A stretch of 63,246 bases of DNA from Chiloscyllium plagiosum (lineage: Eukaryota): contig NC_057720.1 in NCBI RefSeq assembly GCF_004010195.1, positions 34,067,016-34,130,261 of the forward strand. The letters are read 5' to 3'. The notes beneath the pieces are model-generated. The model was not told where the DNA came from and did no database searches. It saw nothing but the letters and a program-made list of their open reading frames with translations. Below are positions 39,410 through 48,804 of this stretch, piece by piece. A program made the translations under genes and the position numbers. The first letter of the stretch is position 1. Each line of letters starts with the position of its first letter.

Positions 39410-40332
39410 TAGGAGGTACAGTTAGTAAGTTTGCAGATGACACCAAAATTGGAGGTGTAGTGGACAGCGAAGAAGGTTACCTCAGATTACAACGGAATCT
39501 TGATCAGATAAGCCAATGGGCTGAGAAGTGGCAGATGGAGTTTAATTTAGATAAATGTGAGGTGTTGCATTTTGTGAAAGCAAATCTTATCAGGACATAT
39601 ATACTTAATGGTAAGGTCCTATGGAGTTGGCTAAACAAAGAGATCTCGGAGTGCAGGTTCATAGCTCCTTGAAAGTGGAGTCGCAGGTAGATAGGATAGT
39701 GAAGAAGGCATTTGGTATGTTTTCCTTTATTGGTCAGAGTATTGAGTACAAGAGTTGCAGCTGTACAGGACATTGGTTAGGCCACTTTTGAAATATTGCG
39801 TGCAATTCTGATCTTCCTATCGGAAAGATGTTGTGAAACCTGAAAGGATTCAGAAAAGATTTACAAGGATGTTGCCAGGGTTGGAGGATTTGAGCTATAG
39901 GGAGAGGCTGAATAGGCTAGGGCTGTTTTCCCTGATGCTTCAGAGGCTGAGGGTTGACCTTACAGAGGTTTATAAAGTCATGAAGGGCATGGATAGGGTA
40001 AATAGCCAAGGTCTTTTCCCTAGGGTGGGAGAGTCCGGAACTAGAGGGCATAGGTTTAGGGTGAGAGGGGAAAGATATAAGAGAGACCTAAGAGGCAACA
40101 TTTTCACTCAGAGAGTGGTGTGTGCATAGAATGAGCTGCCAGAGGAAATGGTGGAGGCTGGTACAATTACAACATTTAAAAGGTATCTGAATGGGTATAT
40201 GAATAGGAAAGATTTGGAGAGATATGGGCTGGGTGCTGGAAAGTGGGACTAGATTAGGTTGGGATATCTGGTCGGCATGGACCAGTTGGACTTAAGGGTT
40301 TGTTTCTGTGTTGTACATCTCTCTGACTCTAC
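39410..40332 (+). mobile_element. CR1 LINE 3' fragment
   Basis: KFADDTKIGG, QWAEKWQMEFNLDKCEVLHF, IQKRFTRMLPGL; tail ctctgactcta. Confidence 0.92.
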
Positions 40333-42000
40333 GAAGAAATCTCACAGACAATCCGGTACTAAAACAATGATTTGAACTTTATTACACATAGCAACCAAAA
40401 TAAGACCACTCATGTAAACAAGTTAAGCCTCACAACTCAACTTGGCTATTACCTGATTAATGATGGAACTTATCTACGATGGCAACCAACAGTGTCTGTC
40501 TCTGGATGCATTCAGGGTTCGATTCTTATGTAGTGTTGTTCTTTGAAGTTCTGCTAAGGGAGAGTTCAGGAGTTGCTTTTTGATACAGGTTTTTGTTCTT
40601 CAAGTCCATGATATTATTGATGTTTCTTTAGATTCATTTCATTCAAAACATTGATTACTTGTCTAGATTCCATGGGTGCACAGCTTGCTGCTATGAGAAT
40701 TAAACTTCTCTGTTCCTTGTTATGTTTGGCCTGAACTGTTTGTTTTAAGCCACATCCTGTCTTGTAATTAACTGCTTAAATTCTTCAGCAAGGCAGTCAT
40801 TTGTCAAAACAAGGCAGTCAAAACAGTCTTTTTTCTGTAGCCTGGACTCCTTGCTTAGTGCTAATTGCTTTCAATCCCTGCATATGTTTGTTTTTGTCCC
40901 TTAATAATTTATTCCAATGAGTTGTTGCTGCTTCTTTCCGTATGTAACAAGTTATCTTGATTATTTTAATCCATGAACAGTTATTAAATTTTTGAAGTTT
41001 ATAATATCACAAAGAGGTCTATGAATTCTCTTTGAAGCAAGGGACAGCAATTATGTAGTGCTGTAGAACCATTTCTGGGTCACATGCATGATCTACTATG
41101 TAGGTAGTTCACTTCTGGTTAATACAGGGAACTGAAACTAAGGAAATTGCCAGAAGCCCTCTATCTCTATTCCAACTTCAGTATTCTTAGAGATATCTGG
41201 ATATGCACCACTGTAATGACTTTACTTTACTGGTTAATATTTTGTCAGCTTTGTATTTTGTGACATTGCACTCATTGGATGGGCTACGTCTTAAGTCTAT
41301 TATTGCTTTAAATTTCTTTACCCCTTTTTCTAGCCAGATCAACATTCTGCATAGAGTAAATGAGATCCTTTTAACTTAGCTGTTTTGAATTTCATCTGCT
41401 ATGGTTATGTCAACTTCCAAATTTAATGAATTGAATCAGGTAAATGAGTGAAGTTATTGAATGCCTCCAGTGTGGAAGTAGGCCATTCAGCCCATTGCTT
41501 CCATATCGCCTCTCTGAAGAGATATGTCGAATTCACTACAGAAGTATATGATGAATAAAGAATTCTCACTCACTTTCATCTATAATGTTGTTGTGTCTTT
41601 TTTCTTCACCTAAACTTTCAGTTAGGTTTAAATACAACTTTGTTGCTTCATTTTCAAAGTAGTGTTTTTGGACTGAGTTTAAGAAATATGCAATGCTGTC
41701 TGGTGTGCATGATTAGTTTCAAAGGAAACTAGTCTTCTTTTGTTGATATAAATAAAACCTAATTAGATCAAGTTTGTTTAGTTACTACCTCACTTTGTTC
41801 ACATAGAAATGCATGTGAGTTAGTCATTTTGCATCCACTTGTCAGATGTAGGCTGAAGCTTGAAAGGGGTGTTATGCTCAATGGAATTTCAAAATATTTT
41901 GTTTTTGACCTTACTTAGGAAACATGTCTGCAAGCAATGATGGAAATACTACCATCCGTTCAAATAACAAATACTGTTTATGAATTAACTCCATGTACCC

Positions 42001-42218
42001 TGTCACCTACTCCATTTTATTTGCCCATGAACAGTCCTTGACGTTAGTATTGCCCCTTCAGAGTCAGCTATCAGAGTATCAGTATCTCTGACACACCCCT
42101 TTTTATCTGTCAGCTAGGGCTTCCTGATTGGATGAGGTTAACATGTCCAAACAGTGACCTCCTATTCAATGAGGTCGAGCTGGCTAGCCGCATTACAATC
42201 ACTGCACTTCGTACTACA
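42001..42218. mobile_element. Possible solo LTR (Gypsy-like)
   Basis: TG...CA ends, with internal tttatt, tttata-like and gattgg motifs in the order expected for a minus-strand LTR. No TSD confirmed. Confidence 0.35.
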
Positions 42219-42395
42219 ATTACTAGCCCTAAATAATCAAAGGTCCCTGAAAGGAACTGACCAATGTGAAAGATCTTTTGTGATTTGACTTGATTGACAG
42301 CTCTGTGCTCCATGCTTACTAAAATTGGAATATATTTTGAGGAATGTTGGCAATTCCTGTTATTTCAGTTCCCTTTGTTGGATTATGACTGACCT

Positions 42396-42490
42396 TAAAA
42401 TTGTGTTGCTGGAAAAGTGCAGCAGGTCAGGCAGCATCAAAGGAGAAGGAGAATCGACGTTTCGGGCATAAGCCCTTCTTCAGGAATGAC
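42396..42490 (-). mobile_element. Penelope pseudo-LTR fragment with intact hammerhead-like core
   Basis: The reverse complement of 42455-42483 is CTGAAGAAGGGCTTATGCCCGAAACGTCG. Confidence 0.78.
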
Positions 42491-43159
42491 CTGTTCAAAT
42501 AGAACATTTTGTGAACCAGCGTGTTATAATGAAAGATGTATGATTTACAGTTTGGATTTCAAACTTGTGGTATGTGAGTATTGATGTATTTTGTAAAGGA
42601 TTTTAGACATTAAGAAGATCAATCGTTCCAAAAACATGATTTTAAACCTGTATGTCCTGAAGTGTTCACGGAGGCTTGTCTATATTGTATGGGTTTACAA
42701 CAGGAGAAAGAAAACATTGAAAGATATTAGGTTGCTTTTGAGCTTACAATAATCAAGACTTGATTTTAATCTAGAGAAAACCAGAATTTGGTAAGCTTTG
42801 GGGGCAATTTGAAGAAGATTTAACTGATCATATACAAGCAAAGGTTCTGCTAGACAAGGGATTGTTCAACCCGTTAAGGAAATAATTTACCACAGTAAAA
42901 GGCTTTGCTTGTGAAAGCTCCAGACCAGAGTGTTTGGTTAGAAGTTCGCTTTGGTTATTCAAAGCAGGACAAGTCTAAGATATCACTTGTGCAAGAATTC
43001 GAGGAAAATGTTTCACTGCTTACAGGACAGGAACTAATGAGGAAGGTAGTTTAATCAAACTCACTGATTTGCAAGAGAAGGAAGCATTCTCTGGATTTTA
43101 AGAAACTATAAGGTGGTGTTAGTAGGGAGTAGATGGGATTTGGTTTTGCTTCATGTTTT

Positions 43160-43475
43160 GACAATTTTCAACCTTAGCATGGGGAGTCCAAAACCAGAGG
43201 CCATAGGTGTAAGGTCAGAGGAGAAAGTTTTTTAAAAAATCTGATGGTCATGCAGAGGATGGTGTGTCCATGGAATGAGCGGCCAGACGATGTGGTGGAG
43301 GTAGGTACATTACAACGTTTAAAAGCCATCTGAATGGGTTTATGAAGAGAAAGGATTTAAAGGGATATGGGCTAAATGCTGGCCAATGGGACTCAGTCAG
43401 ATTGGGATGTCTGGTCAGTGTGAATGAGTTGGATTGAAGGGTCTGTTTCTGTGCTGCACGACTCTATGACTCCAT
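43160..43475 (+). mobile_element. CR1 3' end, within a possible TG...CA LTR-like segment (~42522-43648)
   Basis: ggggagtccaaaaccagaggccatagg...gactctatgactcc tail. Confidence 0.75.
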
Positions 43476-44297
43476 GTTATATTTGGATAAATTAGTTTGG
43501 TTTAACTTAATTTTACTAATTTTGCACAATAAATTTCTCTTTTATTGTTAAAGAGAAATCTGCAGCCTTGTGTTTCAATCAGAGACTGTCAGTAAAAGAT
43601 TGTCATGTTAATTTAATAAAAAATCAAGTATCAGCAGAAATCATAACAATGTTATGCTATGAATGATATTACAATGCTTTAACATTGGAGGTCTCTTCTT
43701 CAAAGAGCATTCATGGACATATTGGGATGTAGTACACCCCTGATTCAGGATAACACCTGTGCTCTGTGATGTGAGACCAGCACAGCACCCATTCAATAAT
43801 AGAGGCATCATAAGTTCATTGGAGTATGCATATTATGCATAAGGTATACCTACTTTCAAGCATCTACAATCTTAATTCAATCTTTGCTATGTTCTAAATA
43901 TTTATATGATTACAACCTTGCATTATCCTTTCTGATACAATTTTGTAAATAATCATTTCATGGTTGAATCTAAATAAAACAACCTGGCTATGTAACTTAT
44001 TCAATCCATCAGTGAGCGCAATAGTAAAATGGAGCCGACTGTCTGACATCAAATGCAAAATTATAATTATTAATTCTGAAGCTTGTGTTCATCATTCAAG
44101 CCACATTTAAGATTGATTAACTTCAGGGAATATGGCATATGAAAACGTTAGTGTTAATTGGATTGTATCTGAACATATATTAAGGAAACAGGAGGCAAGC
44201 TTTACATTTGCTGAAAGGAGACTGGAGGTTGAAGCTTTTCAACATGCAATCGTCTGAACTAGGACGAAAGACTTGAATAAAAGATAAACCATTTTAT

Positions 44298-44908
44298 TTA
44301 TTTTTTATTTTATTAAACAAATTACAAAAACAGTTTACAACAAACAGTTACATTTACAGCTGCATACAAGAGACAGCAATTTTACAAGGGAGAGGAGCAG
44401 CAAAGCCAGGACCCAAACCCTACCATTCAAACAGTTTACAGGGACATGAGGACAAACCTCAAATCCCAGTTTCACATAAAGATATAAAGAGACAACAGCA
44501 ATGACAGTTGTACACTACACAGTACTGTTACATACAAAAGTGCAGACTATACAGACCCAGCAAGCCCCCGCCCCTCCCACCTTCCGACCACTCTAAGGAA
44601 GCCCGCCCCTACCCAGCTTCCGGTTCTCGGTCCACCCCAGGCCCCTTCCAGTTCTCGGTCTGCCCTGACACACCTTTCGACCACCTCGAGGACAGTCCGC
44701 CCTGGTACCCGCCCGGGGTGACTGTGGTCAGGATAGCCTACCCACCTTCCGGCTTCACTAACCACCCTCAGCACCTTCCGACCACCTCTGGAGCAGCCCT
44801 CCCCGGTACCTGCCTGGGGTGACAGCGCTGAGGACGGCTACCCGCCTTCTGGCTCTCGGTCTGCCCCTACGTACCATTGGGCTCTCACCCACCCCGTTGC
44901 ACCTCCGA
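44298..44908 (-). mobile_element. 5'-truncated poly(A) retroposon insertion (L1/Tx1-type 3' UTR) with 14-bp TSD
   Basis: ATAAACCATTTTAT at 44284-44297 and 44909-44922. On the minus strand it ends AATAAAATAAAAAATAA. G-rich, CpG-retaining body with internal repeats. Confidence 0.8.
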
Positions 44909-44997
44909 ATAAACCATTTTATACAGCATGAGAAGAGGGTGCTGACTGGTTGAGTCATCATTGACATGGAGATGCAACAAGACCATTTAACTGTCAA

Positions 44998-45926
44998 TTT
45001 CTTTTTAGTTTTTTTTCTTTTTTTTCTTTACCCCCACGCTACCACCTAAGTGCGGTAGTGCTTATTTTTTCCCCAGCACCCATGGTGTGTGTGTATACGT
45101 GTGAGACACAGTGAAAGACACAAAGTGCACGAATCTTTATTCAAATTCCACCACCAGGAAGATAGGAAAACACCCGGGTGGTCAGTGACAAACACTGCCC
45201 TTCACATCAAAGGGCAGTGCTGTGTGATCAAAACAGTGAAGGGGAGGGTAGGGACTCAATCTTAATTCTCTTTTTTTTAATGTGAACACTCCCCTTTATT
45301 TATTTTTTCTCTCTCTTTAAATCAAAATAGAGTTGGACACTCCCCTTTTAATTTTTTTTTCTTTTAACCCCCACACTACCACCTAAGTACGGTAGTGCTT
45401 ATTTTATCCCCAGCACCCATGGTGTGTGTGTGCAGGTGTGAGATACAGTGAAAGACACAAAGTGCACGAATCTTTATTCAATTTCCACCACCAGGAAGAT
45501 AGGAAAACAACAATCTTAATTTTTTTTTCTTCTTTTTTTCTTTTTCTTTTTTTTAATATAAGTTAACCCCCACACCACCACCTAAGTGCGGTAGTGCTTA
45601 TTTTTTTTCCCCCAGCACCCATGGTGTGTGTGTGCAGGTGTGAGACACAGTGAAAGACACAAAGTGCACGAATCTTTATTCAAATTCCACCACCAGGAAG
45701 ATAGGAAAACAACAATCTTAATTCTCTTTCTTTTTCTTCTTTTTTTAATCCCTTGTTTATTTTCTTTTTTTTCCTGTTTTTTTTCATTAACCCCCACACT
45801 ACCACCTAAGTGCGGTAGTGCTTATTTTTTTCCCCAGCACCCATGGTGTGTGTGTGTGCAGGTGTGAGACACAGTGAAGGACACAAAGTGCACGAATCTT
45901 TATTCAAATTAACAATCTTAATTCTC
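44998..45926 (-). repeat. Tandem array of four retroposon 3' ends (Tx1/L1-like)
   Basis: Four near-identical units (T tract + accccc..ctaccacctaagtgcggtagtgcttattt..cacaaagtgcacgaatctttattcaa), each followed by CAATCTTAATT at 45257, 45511, 45713 and 45913. Confidence 0.85.
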
Positions 45927-46379
45927 AGACCAGGTAAGAAGATTCTGATTGGCCAGGCTGTTGCCTTTGCTAAGGATGGTCCAGCAAATCAGTACCTCTT
46001 CCTATAAAATGGAGTCGTTTATTTTTAAATCCATTTCTTGCATCCTGGTTCTGATGAGTGCAAGGTGAAAAGCTTCAACTTATAGTCTCCTTTTACCAAT
46101 GTTTAAGTTCTGTACTGTTTATGTATAGCTTGAAATGGAATACTGATTACACAGGCATTTATGCAATTTCATTTATTTATCATTATATGACATTGTTTTC
46201 AGGCGCTATAATAACATTAGTTGCTTTCAGCACAGCCAAGCCATTTTCACCCACTCATAGTTCCCATTATCATATATCTAGCCTTGCTTCTTTGTTGGCT
46301 TATTATAGTTCATCGCTTTGTCTGCCTTTCCTTTTCCCCCTCTCTCACTCATCTCCAACTACCCTAACCATCATCAGCA

Positions 46380-47090
46380 TAAATACTATCTTTTTCCAAG
46401 CAGCTATCAGTTCTGAGGATGTGTCACTGGATTAGAACCATTAACTCTGTTTTTCTTCCCACAGATACCTGCTGAGTTTCTCCAGCAGTTTCTGGCTGGG
46501 TTTGTTTCAGACCTCTGGCATCTACTGTTCTTTGTTTTATTTTAGTGTTTCCCTCCTGGTGAGTTCTGTAACCATTAATATTGCTGCATCTTCAGTTCAA
46601 GCATATCAGAAATAACTGACTTAAAAGGGCTATGTGCATAAGTTGAAAACTTTCAATTTAACATTGGAACAAAATGGTTTTAATTGTCCAGGTGCATGTT
46701 TGAGTAAACTGATCTTGATGTGTAATATTAAGATTTATAAGTAGCAATTGCACTCTGAAAGGGGGGAAAACACAATTCTGAACTTGATCTAAAAGGGAAA
46801 TAGTGGAAATCTGAAACCAAGACAGAAACTCAACAGTATCTATTGAGAGAAATAAAGAGTTAACATTGCGAGTTCAATTTGATCCTCCTTCAGCAACAAA
46901 AACAGAAATTGCTGGAGAAAATCAGCAGGTCTGGCAGCATGCGAAGAGAGAAAAACAGGAGTCGAAATGCTAACTCTGTTTCTCTGCGCACACACACACA
47001 TGCTGCCAGACAAATTGAGTGTCTCCAGCAATTTCTGGTTTTGTTTGTTTCAGATCTCCAGCATCTGCAGTCCTTGGTTTTATTTCAGTG
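46380..47090. mobile_element. Degenerate Penelope pseudo-LTR pieces, including a small fold-back at ~46895-47045
   Basis: aaaacagaaattgctggagaaa..cagcaggtctggcagcat is mirrored by atgctgccagac..tctccagcaatttctggtttt. Confidence 0.6.
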
Positions 47091-47199
47091 TTTTCCCCCT
47101 GCTGAGTTCTGTAACCGTTAATATTGCACGTCCTTTCGTTCAAGCACATCTCCAGTAGCTTGTGGAAGTGATCAAGCTTATGGTGACCAGCACCTGGAT

Positions 47200-47578
47200 G
47201 ATGCACTGACCCTGCACGGATTTGCTGCTGGGTCTCGCTTTAAGAACTCCATTTAGGGGTTGGATGATCGTAAATTGGCGGCGGCTGTTCTCGCGAGAGG
47301 TGGGCCTTGGAGATGGGAGTTTGTGATGGCGACGGTGCCGGGGAGGGTCAGTGTCCGGGCAGAGCTGAGGTGAGGCGGAGGTGAGTGCACATTGCGGCCG
47401 ACATTGCCGTGCTCCGCGTGCCAAGTGTCGTTCTCGGTGTTTCAGTCACGCTCTCCGGCTAAATCCCGCCCCCATCTACCCCGCGTCCCCAATCCCATCC
47501 CCCATCCACCTCTGTCCCCACCCTCTCTCTCCTACCCCCACCCCCTTTCCCCCTCCCCCCTCCACCCCCATTCCCCCT
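47200..47578 (+). promoter_or_regulatory. CpG-rich promoter and probable non-coding first exon of CCDC24
   Basis: Local CpG enrichment in a CpG-poor window. Perfect palindrome TCTCGCGAGA at 47289-47298 (BANP/'CGCG element' promoter motif). Consensus donor GAG|gtgagt at 47381 and an alternative GAG|gtgagg at 47370. The link to CCDC24 is inferred. Confidence 0.6.
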
Positions 47579-48570
47579 NNNNNNNNNNNNNNNNNNNNNN
47601 NNNNNNNNNNNNNNNNNNNNNNNNNNNNNNNNNNNNNNNNNNNNNNNNNNNNNNNNNNNNNNNNNNNNNNNNNNNNNNNNNNNNNNNNNNNNNNNNNNNN
47701 NNNNNNNNNNNNNNNNNNNNNNNNNNNNNNNNNNNNNNNNNNNNNNNNNNNNNNNNNNNNNNNNNNNNNNNNNNNNNNNNNNNNNNNNNNNNNNNNNNNN
47801 NNNNNNNNNNNNNNNNNNNNNNNNNNNNNNNNNNNNNNNNNNNNNNNNNNNNNNNNNNNNNNNNNNNNNNNNNNNNNNNNNNNNNNNNNNNNNNNNNNNN
47901 NNNNNNNNNNNNNNNNNNNNNNNNNNNNNNNNNNNNNNNNNNNNNNNNNNNNNNNNNNNNNNNNNNNNNNNNNNNNNNNNNNNNNNNNNNNNNNNNNNNN
48001 NNNNNNNNNNNNNNNNNNNNNNNNNNNNNNNNNNNNNNNNNNNNNNNNNNNNNNNNNNNNNNNNNNNNNNNNNNNNNNNNNNNNNNNNNNNNNNNNNNNN
48101 NNNNNNNNNNNNNNNNNNNNNNNNNNNNNNNNNNNNNNNNNNNNNNNNNNNNNNNNNNNNNNNNNNNNNNNNNNNNNNNNNNNNNNNNNNNNNNNNNNNN
48201 NNNNNNNNNNNNNNNNNNNNNNNNNNNNNNNNNNNNNNNNNNNNNNNNNNNNNNNNNNNNNNNNNNNNNNNNNNNNNNNNNNNNNNNNNNNNNNNNNNNN
48301 NNNNNNNNNNNNNNNNNNNNNNNNNNNNNNNNNNNNNNNNNNNNNNNNNNNNNNNNNNNNNNNNNNNNNNNNNNNNNNNNNNNNNNNNNNNNNNNNNNNN
48401 NNNNNNNNNNNNNNNNNNNNNNNNNNNNNNNNNNNNNNNNNNNNNNNNNNNNNNNNNNNNNNNNNNNNNNNNNNNNNNNNNNNNNNNNNNNNNNNNNNNN
48501 NNNNNNNNNNNNNNNNNNNNNNNNNNNNNNNNNNNNNNNNNNNNNNNNNNNNNNNNNNNNNNNNNNNNNN
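47579..48570. other. Assembly gap (992 N)
   Basis: Run of N flanked by C-rich low-complexity sequence. Confidence 0.99.
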
Positions 48571-48804
48571 CCCCTCCCCGATTGATCACAGCGGGCCAGC
48601 CAGCATCCACGGAGGGAAAGCAAGCTAACACTGTGCTGTTCGATGGGGTTGGCTGCAGGTTAGCCAGTCCCCAAGTACCTGTTTGCACCATGCCCAGCTG
48701 CTCATACTGTTTTTTTTTTTGCGTGGTGTTTCAACACCCCCTGGAAAGTCCTCCAACAGCAACTCCACCAAAAATGAAATTAAGATGCTTGAACCTTTCA
48801 CATA

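Larger units (their letters stand above)
44200..46107. mobile_element. Fold-back (inverted-arm) Penelope-related non-autonomous element, interrupted by younger insertions
   Basis: The reverse complement of 44200-44297 aligns with 46004-46107 (ataaaatgg..tttat..tcct.gttc.ga.ga.tgca.g.tgaaaagcttcaac...agtctccttt). The right arm has CTGATGAGTGCAAGGTGAAA at 46051-46070. Confidence 0.65.

Noticed and set aside
44998..45926. CRISPR-like repeat/spacer array
   Set aside because: Units are over 150 bp with poly(T) tracts, there are no unique spacers or cas genes, and the context is eukaryotic.
47381..48691. Four 360-415 aa ORFs in the ORF track
   Set aside because: Artefacts of translating through the 992-N gap.
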